DNA of 64,000 bases from Octopus vulgaris (GCA_951406725.2 OX597834.1:10912001-10976000); one strand, 5' to 3'; shown: positions 13,330-26,703, counted from the first letter of the stretch. A program made the numbers and translations. Notes: generated by a model from the sequence alone, not told the origin.

Positions 13330-13860
13330 GAAAATTACATAGATTACTACAATCTGTTGGTCACTAAACCCTATATGAGAACCGGACCACACAAAAATAT
13401 ACAAACATTTAAGGCCAATAAATCTTCACTGATCTGCGAATTAATGACAGTACTGAGCTATTGACACGTAAACAAGCATATTTCGCTTGTAAGTTCCATA
13501 CAGCTAATTTCCTCAATAAACATCTATTAGGATAATTAATCTGGAAACTACTGATATAAGGAAGAACAGTAAATATTTGCTACATTATCCGATCCCAAAT
13601 ATCAAAGCGATAACACTTTTGTCACTACGGTTCAAATACTGAATCTCTCATTAAATGGTTCAAATTTCTTCCCAATAAACGCAACTCAATATATATATAT
13701 ATATATATGATATCAAAGATTACTACACTTCCACACTAAAGTCGTACAAGCTAAATTATTTCTCTTTGCCAGAAATATTACTAAATCGGATAACTAGAGA
13801 AGTGAATTTATTTTACATACACGTATAAATCTTGCAACCAAGGGAATATTAATCACTGTT
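13330..13860 (+). mobile_element. Degenerate PLE reverse-transcriptase fragment
   Basis: Frameshifted translation LRINDSTELLTRKQAYFACKFHTANFLNK / IRIINLETTDIRKNSKYLL / NTESLIKWFKFLPNKRNS / YDIKDYYTS parallels PLE RT motifs (AFITLKDHKENF, RLINPAKSEIGKISK, NTxxVIxWF, FDIKDFYPS). Confidence 0.7.
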
Positions 13861-13966
13861 TAAATAAGTATTTGCCTCCTATACCACATATTGTTGGTAT
13901 ATTTCTATCGCCTAAATTGAAGCCCAACTTTTTTTTTAATAAATAATGTCTGTACTGAAAGTATTG

Positions 13967-14132
13967 CATTTCGTCAATCTATAATGTCAGGGTCTAATGT
14001 CAGTCTCTAATGTCAGTCTATAAGGCATTTCATCAGTCTATAATGTCAGTCTATAGTGTCAGTCTATAAGGCATTTCATCAGTCTCTAATGTCAGTCTAT
14101 AAGGCATTTCATCAGCCTATAATGTCAGTCTC
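13967..14132. repeat. Minisatellite of ~13-bp (taatgtcagtcta) and ~20-bp units
   Basis: Direct reading; abuts the 5' end of the truncated LINE. Confidence 0.9.
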
Positions 14133-14134
14133 CA

Positions 14135-15100
14135 ATGGAGCCAGTGCTATTAATAGTGCCCCTCTCTGACATGCCCTCAGCTGCTCAAGTAGCTACCCTT
14201 GCTAGATATGGAGATGATTCAAATATCTCTCTTAGGATACAGAACCCCAGAGACATGGTGCATCGGAAATGTGAGTTGGATACAATTTACAAGTGGGTTG
14301 GGGAAAATAGCCTGCAGTTTAATGCTTAAAAATTCTAAGCCCTGCGCTACGAACACAGGAAGCTCAATGAAAAGCAGATAGGATGTACTGGCGTTTGGAG
14401 GGATTCCATTCCCTGAATCAAAATCAGTGCTTGGCATGGACATCGACATGAGTAATGATGTATCTTTCCTGGTGCACATTACTAATTGTTAAAGAAATGC
14501 CACTATCTGGTCGGTTGGATCCTTCGAACTTTCGAAGGAAGAGAAAAGGAAACTACGATGGTCCTCTGGAGGACCTTTGTTCACAGCTGTTTGGATTACT
14601 GGTCCTAACTGTTGTCACCAAATAGTGTAAAATTAACGACGGTGCTCCAGGAGGTCCATCGAAGCTACATAAAGAAGATCGATATAATGCAACGTATCAG
14701 CTACTAGGGGAGAGTGAAAGAAGTGAGACTCTACTCCCTGGAGCGAAAGCAGGAAAGATATCCCAGAAAAGCTTGTTCCCAACTTTGGCATAGTAACTTA
14801 CACAAATAGCAGGACGGGGAGCTACTGCATGATACAAAAGGTCTCAACATTGCTATGAAGATACAGGTCTGTTACTGCAACATTTTGGGTTTCAAAGGTC
14901 CACAGCTCTTTAATATCATCCTACAAAGCCTGATAGACCTGCGTACTTCTAAGCAGGAAACGCAGATAAGGGCAGCAACGTCAAACTGCTTCGTCCACCA
15001 AATGTCACATATCAGAGGAGGTTTAGTGAAAGTGTATTAAGATAAATGGCGGTGCTTGAGCATGGCCGCAGTCCTTGGACTGAATTTTAGAAGACAAAAA
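14135..15100 (+). mobile_element. 5'-truncated CR1/L2-like LINE (RT C-terminal half plus 3' UTR), pseudogenised
   Basis: PVLLIVPLSDMP...RYGDDS (YADD-type motif), QFNAxKF, LGMDIDMSND, GWILRTF, LYSLER, GPQLFN, with stops and frameshifts. Ends in ggcggtgcttgagcatggccgcagtc...gactgaa. Confidence 0.88.
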
Positions 15101-15138
15101 TGTGTGTGTGTATGTGAGTGGACAATCATATACATACA

Positions 15139-15169
<31 letters not shown>

Positions 15170-16184
15170 GTACACAGACCCACAGATATACACACATACA
15201 AGCATTCAGTTGACATTGAATACTTGTCACTGAGGACATGCACGATCACAGAAATCCTTATTTAGCATTTCTACCACATGTGATGAGCACTTTTTGCTTG
15301 CTACGCACACCTTTCAACACTTTTCATCACCACATGTATATGTGAAGTTGTCGCAAAAAGAATACTACAGTTATGTATAGAATACTATATAGAAATGAAG
15401 GATAGTCAAAAAGAGTTCGATGTGAAATTACATAACATTCTTCTTACCACTATTTCATAATCTGCGAATAGATTTACACTTACTTTTACGTAAAATAAAG
15501 CATGCAGTCTCTCACACAAGTGATCTCGTGGCATATCTGGTAATTTACATTACTTGAAAATGTAATAGTTAATATAATCGTGGATTATATTATATGCGAG
15601 AAAAATCCTACAGCATAATTCACTTACAGTTTTTTTTTCTTTTTTCTGTAAGTGAATCCTTTCATCAGATAATACTCGTCTAGATACGACATAACTTTAC
15701 GAGCATCACACTTTCACTTCTACTAATGGAGACAAATATCAGATATTTGCAAGAAATTCGGAGCATTTTATCCTTCACTAATCTATACAATATCTGCATA
15801 TACTGTCCTAATGCCGTTCTGAGTTAGCGCTTTCGATGTCTGTACATTAACTTTCACTCGAATGAACGATAGCCTACGGTTACTCACAACAGAACTGCAA
15901 TTATCACACCTTCGGATCGAATGATAATGGCATATTTCTTTTGTTACAACTTTGGCTGTCTACCATCTATAAGAATATTAATACCATGGTATTGCATATT
16001 TTACCATCCTCATATATATTACGCCAGTTTCAATGCCAGCTGTGTGAATTTAACATTAGTATATGATAACTTTCCCCTAGAACATTATGCATAGGTTGAT
16101 AAATATCCTTGCACATATAAACTATATCTAATATATTTCCCATGTGCAAATTTCAGTATGTTCTATAATTAATTTAACTATATA

Positions 16185-16346
16185 GACGTAGGAGTGTCTG
16201 TGTGGTAAGTAGCTTGCTTACGAACCACATGGTTCCGAGTTCAGTCCCACTGCGTGGCACCTTGGGCAAGTGTCTTCTACTATAGCCTCGGGCCGAGCAA
16301 TGTCTTGTGAGTAGATTTGGAAGACGGAAACTGCAAGAAGCCTGTC

Positions 16347-16390
<44 letters not shown>

Positions 16391-16624
16391 GTATGTATGT
16401 ATGTGTGTATATGTTTGTGTGTCTGTGTTTGACCCCCTAGCATTGCTTGACAACCGATGCTGGTGTGTTTACATCCCCGTCACTTAGCGGTTCGACAAAA
16501 GGGACCGATAGAATAAGAACTGGGCTTACAAAAGAATAAGTCCCGGGGTCGAGTTGCTCGATTAAAGGAGGTGCTCCAGCATGGCCGCAGTCAAATGACT
16601 GAAACAAGTAAAAGAGTAAAAGAG
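16185..16624 (+). mobile_element. SINE family A full-length copy
   Basis: All modules present, (gtaaaaga)n tail. Confidence 0.95.
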
Positions 16625-17080
16625 CGTATGGATACGTGTACATACTTGCCTTAATTTCAGCGTACGGAATTAAACCGGCTTAGTAGCGACAGTATTACCT
16701 GTGTAGCTGTTCGATGAAAATGTGAACTAAAAAATCCGTAGGAATTTTATCGTTAATTCTGAAGCTTAAAGCAATAATTTTATCTAAGCGTATGCTGTTT
16801 GTTTACTCCTAACTGAATAGATCCGATGGAAAAGTAAGGCTGTTTGCCAAGGACACGATGCAGCTACAATGTAAAAGCAGAATGTCTTGGCATTATAACA
16901 CTTAGAATCAATTATATAAGCTCCATGATATGCGATAAATGAAAAGTATCTGTAATGCATATTATGTAATCCATACTGTTCTATATCATGATAATATTTT
17001 CAAACACTCGATAAATCAAGTTTTATTTTTCCGTCCGAAAATTCGAAATATTTATCGAAACTATATTACCTACCAAATCA

Positions 17081-17270
17081 TCTATTATATAAAATCCGTT
17101 CTGTCTGTCTGTGTGTGTGTCTTCTAGGATCTCGAGCATCCTCCATCCGATTGCGCTCAGATTTGATATGTAGATACCGACGGTATCAGAGCGTGTATAA
17201 GTCTTGAAAAAATAACAAGAATCGATTCCAGTGAGAATGCGATCGATAAAGCCGTGAGAACGTGCATTTG
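17081..17270 (+). mobile_element. 5' part of a non-autonomous Helitron-like element
   Basis: a|TCtattatataaaa start followed by ctgtctgtctgtgtgt, similar to the 5' end of the element at 54025-54421. 3' end not found. Confidence 0.5.
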
Positions 17271-18578
17271 TAAAATTGTTTTTCCTGGAATAGAAAAAAA
17301 GTCTATCTTTATTTCTTCTTTTGCTGGTGTCTCAAATTTAGGTTAAATCAGTGTTTCCCAAAGGGGAGGCCTATGGGATGGTCGGACAAGTTGTTTAAAA
17401 AAAAATTGGCTTAAATGTTTGACAACTCAGCACCGTGCATTAGACGGGGGTGGGGGGTTTGCTCGTCATAATATAAAATAGTAAATACATGGATGTTTTC
17501 AAATGGTAATATATCAAATATATTTAATAAGTTGTATTTATGGTTTAGGAATACAATTAAAAACTTACCGACGTTTTCATAAAAGTATTAAACTTTATAC
17601 AACTGAAACGACAGCGAAATTTATATTATAAGATTGGCAGAAAATACGAAATTCGTATTTGAAAAACATGAAAAAAAAATTATTTGATAATCTGCTGGAT
17701 ATACAAACGTCTGAGGATTATTTCTTCATAATTCTTTTCTATCACTGTACTCATAATCTCGATAATTGCTGTTGTTAAAATACTTTATATAAGCAAAATA
17801 TTTTCTTTTTTGCATGTTTCGTATTCAATACAATTTCACCAAGAACATCGGTAAACGAAATATTTAAATTATTTGTATTTATATAAAGATTCAAAATTAT
17901 TATGAGTGTTTCTCTTGAAGATCTAAAGTTGAGTAATTGCTATATAATGTCAGAAACTATCTCCTTTTTTAGTATATGCATGCAACAAAATAGATGTTTC
18001 GCTAAAGTTGAACAGTCAGATGCTGTAGTTTGCATGTTGATTCCGGAACGCTAGACATAATCTTATGCGCACTTATTCTAATAATTAGAATGTAGAGCCT
18101 TATAGCAATTAGGACATTATCTGTCTAAACTCATCAAGATCTTCAGTCAGGTAACCTCGCAGTAAGACTGAGCGATCAGGTCAAGCTACCAGAAACTGTC
18201 GCATCATTAGTGATAAATAATGCATCAGGTGTCAGGAAAGCGAAGAATACATATTATGCAATGTTATTCTCAATGAAATGTGTCGAAGACATATTAATTG
18301 GCTTCTAACGCCAATTCGACACATGCAGCTGTGATAAATGATAGCTACAGTGCATATAATTATTCCTTCTATACAGCAAATCAATTTTTGGGTCTCTTCT
18401 CGAGCTTATACAAGTATCTTATTTACACTAAATATAACAACTACAAAACTATAACTAACCACACAACTAAACTCTATAAGATTATCAGAAAATCGTTTGA
18501 TGTTGGGTATATGGAAGAACAATATCAATCACATGAAAAAAAAATTACCGACGAATATGGTGCTAAATAAGGTAAATA

Positions 18579-19143
18579 TTGGGTTGTCTGGAATGTTCCT
18601 GCTGATTTATAGTAGCTTACCTCTCGACTTATTTTTGGAGATGTTTGAGTCCATAAAATATGATTTGACTACACCTCCATTTAGAGCGCAGATTAAGCTA
18701 TCTTTTCGTGGAAGAAGGTTTATATTCCTATAACCTGTGTTAATTCTATAACCCTTTAAAATGGAAAATAAGAAAGTTCCTTTTCGGCAATTGATGCTTC
18801 GGGAACAAGACAAAAATTGCTGCAGCTCGGCTGGGATATGTTACTCCGGCCTCCATATTCCCTAGATATTACTTCTTTGGATTTCCACTTATTCAGGTCC
18901 CTGCAGAGTAGTCTTAACGGTAAAAGTTTCAATTCTTTGGATGACGTAAAAAGATACCTTGATGAATTCTTTGCCATGAAACCACCTCAATTCTGAGAAG
19001 TGGGTATTTACAAGTTAAAGGAAAGACGGAGACGCATTGTGCAACAAAATGGTTCATATTTCGTTGATTAAAAGTGTAATGGCAAGTATTTATTGACAGT
19101 TTTCTGTCCTTAAAAAACGGCCTGAACTTTCCGGACAACCCAA
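18579..19143 (+). mobile_element. Internally deleted mariner element with TIRs and TA TSD
   Basis: TIRs ttgggttgtctggaatgttcc / gaactttccggacaacccaa, both flanked by TA. Encodes LGWDMLLRPPYSLDITSLDFHLFRSLQ (YSPDLAPSDFHLF-like). Confidence 0.9.
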
Positions 19144-20202
19144 TATATACTGTAGGTGTTTCTCCGGGATTAATGCGATAGAAACTTGAACATCATTGGT
19201 GCAGAGTCATGCTACAATCTGGAAAGGAATATTTTAATTGTATTCCCCAATTATGCAGTTTAGCTATGAATGCATGGATATGCTAAAGTACCAAAGGATA
19301 TAATCCAACGCATAAACAATATTATTTATTATGGGCTATTTACCAATGAAGAATCGCGTTGAGGTTGTCAGAATAAAATAGATATTTCAGAGGCACGGTT
19401 TCTCTGTAATGTTCCATATGCTACTACACAGCTCTTACTCTTTTATATTTTAAAGAAAATTTGAAGTCAATATGATTTGCTCTATATGAAAGCTTAGAGG
19501 TTTATACTAATCCTATATTTCTTAAGTAAAACATTCCCAAATGATATTCTAATGGATATTAGCCAAGATAAATGTTCCTGCCACAATGTTGCCACTACTT
19601 GTACAAACAAAACATCAAGCTAGCCTGGCAACATTAGTGTCAATGGATTGACTATTTCAGAGACATCAAACATTAATGCTAGGCAATTAAGGATAGATGA
19701 ACAATAGAATGCGATGGCACTTGAAACATGAGGAACCCGTAGCTAGGGAATGTTGCACGCGGTTAAACAATTACGTTCCTCGGAGCTCTCTGCATATAAT
19801 AAACCAGTGGACCATAGTGATGTTAAAAAAGGGAAAAAGCTGACTGACATCAGAAATTTCAGCGTAGGGGCTGAAATGAAAAGGTAAAGGCCGAAGAAGA
19901 CTGTTGTTTCAAAAGGATGCTGAACGCAATGTTGTATCCATTTGAGAGTCTCTTATAAGCATTTCGCGTTAATGTGCATCGATGGAGCAAGTACGCATAT
20001 GGTAAATAGCATCATGTAATTTGGAAAGGAACACTTTGAAAAGTATTCCCCGATTCATAATACGAATTTGACATACAGAAAAAGTAAAGTATAAAATTTT
20101 ATAGTTCTATAGTTCACCTCCTGTGAATATGTCGAACAGAAACCAACAAATACTACCCAGTAATTATAGCTCTTTGTGTTTCGTGTAATTTATAGCTATA
20201 AT

Positions 20203-20430
20203 TACTCTTTTACTCTTTTACTCTTTTACTTTTTTCAGTAAGTTGACTGCGGCCATGCTCGAGCACCGCCTTTAATCGAGCAACTCGACCCCGGGACTTA
20301 TTCTTTGTAAGCCCAGTACTTATTCTATCGGTCTCTTTTGCCGAACCGCTAAGTGACGGGGACGTAAACACACCAGCATCGGTTGTCAAGCAATGCTAGG
20401 GGGACAAACACAGACACACGAACATACACG

Positions 20431-20492
<62 letters not shown>

Positions 20493-20656
20493 TACGACAG
20501 GCTTCTATCAGTTTCCGTCTACCAAATTCATTCACAAGGCTTTGGTCGGCCCGAGGTTATAGTAGAAGACACATGCCCAAGGTGCCACGCAGTGGGACTG
20601 AACCCGGAACCATGTGGCTGGTAAGCAAGCTACTTACCACACAGCCACTCCTGCGA
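20203..20656 (-). mobile_element. SINE family A full-length copy
   Basis: All modules present; ctataatta repeated at both ends (possible TSD). Confidence 0.95.
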
Positions 20657-20834
20657 CTATAATTATAATTTATATTTACAATTATTGTAATTTAGATCTA
20701 AGAATATTGTAGCATTCAAATATGTAACTCAGGTATTCTGAAGACATTTTGAGAAACAGAGATCCAAGATAACGTTGAGCCTGCGAGTAAGTAGAAATTT
20801 CAAGTAAATTCAATTAATGAACTGTCAGAATACA

Positions 20835-21259
20835 GGCGCAGGAGTGGCTGTGTGGTAAGTAGCTTGCTAACCAACCACATGGTTCCGGGTTCAGTCCCAC
20901 TGCGTGGCACCTTGGGCAAGTGTCTTCTGCTATAGCCCCGGGCCGACCAATGCCTTGTGAGTGGATTTGGCAGACGGAAACTGAAAGAAGCCTGTCGTAT
21001 ATATGTATATATATATATGTGTATGTGTGTGTGTGTTTGTGTGTGTGTACGTTTGTCCCCCTAGCATTGCTTGACAACCGATGCTGGTGTGTTTACGTCC
21101 CCGTCACTTAGCGGTTCGGCTAAAGGAGACCGATAGAATAAGTACTGGGCTTACAAAAAAAATAAGTCCCGGGGTCGATTTGCTCGACTAAAGGCGGTGC
21201 CCCAGCATGGCCGCAGTCAAATGACTGAAACAAGTAAAAGAGTAAAAGAGTAAAGAGTA
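20835..21259 (+). mobile_element. SINE family A full-length copy
   Basis: All modules present; head-to-head with the preceding copy. Confidence 0.95.
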
Positions 21260-21556
21260 ATATGTAAATTATTTCAGAATATTAGAATAAAATGTGTTTG
21301 CTAGGTGCATACACGTGCATTTGTATATAGATGCGTGCATTTATACCCGTACAGAATTCGAAGCACAGCGATTCATGTTCTGACACACGGCAGCCATAAC
21401 CATGTAACCATGAATATCTTCTAACAGAGCTGATTTGCTGGGTTGGTTAATGATTTCATTTTGTTTCTCATTCGGTGAGAATGTTTTGAAATAATATCAA
21501 AATCAAGTAAATAAAGACGTGCGTGTGCATGTGTGTGTATATATATATATATATAT

Positions 21557-21832
21557 GTAAAATTTATGAATAAATGAAAGAATGGAGTTGAACGATAAAT
21601 TAACAAATTTCCTTTATTTTCGACATATGTTTCGAAGGCTGCATATTCCTAATTGTGAAGGAATAAGGAGTACATTATGCCGCTTTCTCATCAGCAAAAA
21701 CAAGGAATTTATGTCAACATCAAGAAACACAAAAACTTTTAGATGACTGCTCTCACGGAGCGCATATGTGAATTTGCTACCCAGGTATCGGTTAAACGAA
21801 TTATCCATAAAAAGATATTTCAATTTTCTACT

Positions 21833-21836
<4 letters not shown>
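21557..21836 (-). mobile_element. (TA)n-embedded PLE pseudo-LTR-like insert
   Basis: Homologous to 7529-7842 (shared ttaaccgatac..ggtagcaaa, ctccttattc, tcgttcaactccatt); flanked by TA runs. Confidence 0.7.
21617..21699 (-). ncRNA. Type I hammerhead ribozyme motif (canonical core)
   Basis: Minus strand: ttttg-CTGATGA-gaaagcggcata...tatgcagccttc-GAAA-catatg-TC-gaaaa. GUC triplet, palindromic stem III acatatgt; the first stem I pair is a G.G mismatch. Confidence 0.72.
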
Positions 21837-21880
<44 letters not shown>

Positions 21881-21882
<2 letters not shown>

Positions 21883-22299
21883 TGAAATCCACAACACCAT
21901 ATATATATAATATTGAGGTCTCTTTTCTTTTGTTATCTTACCGTTTTATCAATAAATCACCTCCGGACGACGTTATCCTCAACTAAGAGCTAATACGACC
22001 TTTTGGGATTATCGCCTAACATCTTGAGGACTCTCACAAACAAAAGAATCTAATATGGACGCATATCACATAGATTATTCTATGAAAAATATACCGATCC
22101 CATCAAAGGATTTACTCTAAGAAACTTCTCAAAAGAAATAGCCAGATAACCGAAGAGATGGTGTGGTGGATTTCACTTCGGCATCTGAAACTCAGAGTTT
22201 TATCTTGACTACCGAGTAACGTAACATATTGTATAGATAAATTTCCTCTATTTACATAATATTGAGGTCTCTTTCTTTCTTTGTTATCTTACCGTTTAT

Positions 22300-22304
<5 letters not shown>
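21881..22304 (+). mobile_element. Internally deleted PLE with pseudo-LTR direct repeats and ORF start
   Basis: Direct repeat 21907-21954 / 22256-22304. ORF start at 22055 reads MDAYHIDYSMKNIPIPSK. HHR-like motif at 22145-22204; short inverted piece at 21881-21900; TA flanks. Confidence 0.72.
22145..22204 (+). ncRNA. Atypical hammerhead-like motif (CCGAAGA core)
   Basis: gataa-CCGAAGA-gatg...catc-t-GAAA-ctcagag-TT-ttatc, with perfect 5-bp stem I. Confidence 0.58.
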
Positions 22305-22335
<31 letters not shown>

Positions 22336-22341
<6 letters not shown>

Positions 22342-22631
22342 ATCACGTGACCGACCAGACCATCAGATGTTGCTACAGATGTCGCTGGTCACAATGCACT
22401 TCGCATTGTTTTAGCCTTCGAATGACGCCACCCCGCAGGCTAAGCGAGCAGGCCAACAGAAGAAAGAGTGAGTGAAAGAATGGTGAAAGAGTACAGCAAG
22501 GATCACCACCCCCTGCTAGAGCTCGTGGAGCTTTTAGGTGTTTACGCTCAATAAACACACACAACGCTCGGTCTGGGAATCGAAACCGCGATCCTCCGAC
22601 CGGGAGTTCGCTGCCCTAACCACCAGGCCAT
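22336..22631 (-). mobile_element. SINE family C, tail type 2, inserted in (TA)n
   Basis: Head and body match the 9227 copy; the 3' ~110 bp is unrelated and ends in tcacgtgatcacgtga. Confidence 0.88.
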
Positions 22632-22671
22632 ATACGTATATATATATACATACATATATACATATATATAT

Positions 22672-22746
<75 letters not shown>

Positions 22747-22752
22747 TACATA

Positions 22753-22788
<36 letters not shown>

Positions 22789-23168
22789 TATGTGTACATG
22801 TATGTATATCAAATTGTTTCGTATATATTTTACATATCAATATTTTCCCTTAACAGTTGCAGGTGTCGCAAAATTTAAGTCGACACTTGGTTAGCATTAA
22901 CGCAATGTGAAATTAATCAAGCGTACAACGATGTAATAATTACTAAAATGTTTCTCTAATCGTTTTTATATAGCTTATGACATCATTCCATCGTGTAGCC
23001 GAACTCAAATACCAGCCATTATGGAAAAATATCTCCATATATCTAGTAATGAGTTTAAATTCTCTCAAACCATAAAGATATATGTGTTTGATACGATATT
23101 AGTTCATTAAATCTTACTCCCGTGACAAGTTACTCTAGAAATACCTCATGTGCATAAGTTATGAAAAC

Positions 23169-23825
23169 ACACAAAGCAAACGTATAAACAAAAGACTAAA
23201 ATAAAATATATTTCTTTATTGCCCACAAGGGGGCTAAACATAGAGGGGACAAACAAGGACAGACAAAGGGATTAAGTCGATTAATTCGACATCAGTACGA
23301 AACTGGTATTTTATCTATCGACCCAGAAAGGATGAAAGGCAAAGTCGACCTCGGCGGAATTTGAACTCAGAACGTAACGGCAGACGAAATACGGCTACGC
23401 ATTTCGCCCGGCGTGCTAACGGTTCTGCCAGCTCCCCACTAAAATAAAATAGAAGCAGAACACAAGAGGTAAAGCGATTACTTCCTCAAACAACACAAAG
23501 CAAACGTATAAACAAAAGACTAAAATAAAATATATTTCTTTATTGCCCACAAGGGGGCTAAACATAGAGGGGACAGACAAACATAGAGGGGACAGACAAA
23601 GGGATTAAGTCGATTAATTCGACATCAGTACGAAACTGGTACTTTATCTATCGACCCAGAAAGAATGAAAGGCAAAGTCGACCTCGGCGGAATTTGAACT
23701 CAGAACGTAACGGCAGACGAAATACGGCTACGCATTTCGCCCGGCGTGCTAACGGTTCTGCCAGCTCCCCACTAAAATAAAATAGAAGCAGAACACAAGA
23801 GGTAAAGCGATTACCTTCTCAAACA
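23169..23825 (-). repeat. Tandem duplication (~324 and ~333 bp units), each containing a SINE family B monomer with its TSD
   Basis: Units 23169-23492 and 23493-23825 are near-identical; TSD actaaaataaaata at 23195-23208 and 23438-23451. Confidence 0.92.
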
Positions 23826-23932
23826 CTTCGATTGTAGTAAAATGGAAATAATAAAATTCTTTTCTAAAAGCAGAGTTTATCTAACTAGCGATGATTTAAT
23901 ATATACAGAGAATATCTATAAATTCCAGATAA

Positions 23933-24330
23933 GGAAGGAAGGAAGCAATCCGTCGGTTACGACGATGAGGATTCCGGTTGATCCGAATCAACGGAACAGC
24001 CTGCTCATGAAATTAACGTGTAAGTGGCTGAGCACTCCACAGACACGTGCACCCTTAACGTAGTTCTCGGGGATATTCAGCGTGACACATAGAGTGACAA
24101 GGCCGGCCCTTTGAAATACAGGTACAACAGAAACAGGAAGTAAGAGTGAGAGAAAGTTGTGGTGAAAGAGTACAGCAGGGATCACCACCATCCCCTGCCG
24201 GAGCCTCGTGAAGCTTTTTTAGGTGTTTTCGCTCAATAAACACTCACAACGCCCGGTCTGGGAAACGAAACCGCGATCCTATGACCGCGAGTCCGCTGCC
24301 CTAACCACTGGGCCATTGCGCCTCCACACT
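23933..24330 (-). mobile_element. SINE family C, tail type 3, with 12-bp TSD
   Basis: A box tggcccagtgg, B-box-like gtttcgtttcc, (ttcc)n end. TSD aattccagataa at 23921-23932 and 24331-24342. Confidence 0.92.
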
Positions 24331-24636
24331 AATTCCAGATAACTGATATTGGGAGAAATCCAAATAATCTCTCTTCAACTAGAAAGACTCGGGTTCTCGC
24401 AAAATGTACGGAGCAAACTGATTCGCTTTCTCTAGATACAATCGAACGGAAGGACACCAAAATACGTTATGCTGTTTGCTTTTATCTAAATCATTATTTG
24501 AGGCGTCCAGGTGAGCATATGCACACAACCCCGTACACATGTGGGATACATATACACGCAATATGTGTAAATATATATACGCTACGTGTATATGTATTCC
24601 AGGTGTGTGTGTGTATGTATGTATATATATATATAT

Positions 24637-24830
24637 AAATTAAATTAGAGATAAAACCACTATTAGGCGAATCAAACAGCGAAAGACATAAACCAAAACA
24701 TGAAAATAAAAATGCTTAATATAATATACAAAATACATAAAATATAAAATTTTTAATTTAAATTATTTAAATTTTAAATTATTAATTTATATTTATAAAT
24801 TTTTATATTTTTTTAGATATTTTTAAAATT
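24637..24830 (+). repeat. AT-rich interspersed repeat next to (TA)n
   Basis: aattagagataaaaccactattaggc..caaacag..agacataaaccaaaacat recurs in reverse orientation at ~32900-33190. Confidence 0.7.
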
Positions 24831-24833
24831 TAA

Positions 24834-25474
<641 letters not shown>

Positions 25475-25942
25475 GAAACTAATATAAGTACAGACACATG
25501 AGATATATATCCTCCAATCGTTGGTCCTATTGTATTTAAAGATATGTACGTCCATAGAAGGTGTAATAAACTTACTTTTTCCCCAAAGGAAAACTATAAG
25601 AATTATAACGCTTACAACACGAACGTCGTAAAGACAATCGTATTTATTTTATTGATCTAACTTAACAATTACAATGAGATATTAAATGATGGTAATGATA
25701 TGCAAATTGTATTCTGCTTTCGCACTCTTGAGAAACAATGTTAAACCGCTTAAATACGTCATTAGATAAAAGTAAAATTAGCAATTAGAATTGTAAATGA
25801 AAGAGAGAATTGTCCGCAAATTAAATTTATTTCGGGAAAGAAAATTCCTTTCCTCTCATTCTTGATAAGATTGGAATAAATAAAACAATTGTAAACCGAG
25901 AATAATGTAAAAAGTACACTGCTGATGGCAATCAATATTCAC

Positions 25943-25944
25943 AA

Positions 25945-26035
<91 letters not shown>

Positions 26036-26127
26036 CACACAAAAACGTACACATACACACACACACACACGAATGTGTGTGTATATTATGTGTGTTTATG
26101 TATATATGTATATGTGTGTGTGTGTGT

Positions 26128-26171
<44 letters not shown>

Positions 26172-26205
26172 TTATATACATAAATTTATATATGAATAGG
26201 TATAT

Positions 26206-26253
<48 letters not shown>

Positions 26254-26370
26254 GTGTGTGTGTGTATATATTTATATGTATATATGTATATATGTACGGG
26301 TGTATATACATACATACAAGTGTAAATATATACATATATACAGGGGGAGAGAGAGAGAGAAAGAGAGGGA
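25943..26370. repeat. (CA)n/(TG)n/(TA)n/(GA)n compound microsatellite
   Basis: Direct reading. Confidence 0.95.
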
Positions 26371-26446
26371 GGAGGGATACACATCGATGTAGATGGATAG
26401 TCAGGAGTTATAACAGCACTAGTGGTATATGTGATACTTTCAGTAG

Positions 26447-26478
<32 letters not shown>

Positions 26479-26619
26479 TTGTTATTATTATTCTTTCAAA
26501 TTTCTTATTTCTTGCCGAGTGTCTTCCCGACTCCTATTAAATTAAACTCATATGTATTATTGGTAGGCCATTAATTACCAATTACTTAGTTCGTTAATTA
26601 TTATTAATTTTAAAAAAAT

Positions 26620-26621
26620 TA

Positions 26622-26703
<82 letters not shown>

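Noticed and set aside
13967-14132. CRISPR-like appearance of short repeats
   Set aside because: No unique spacers, eukaryotic context and no cas genes.
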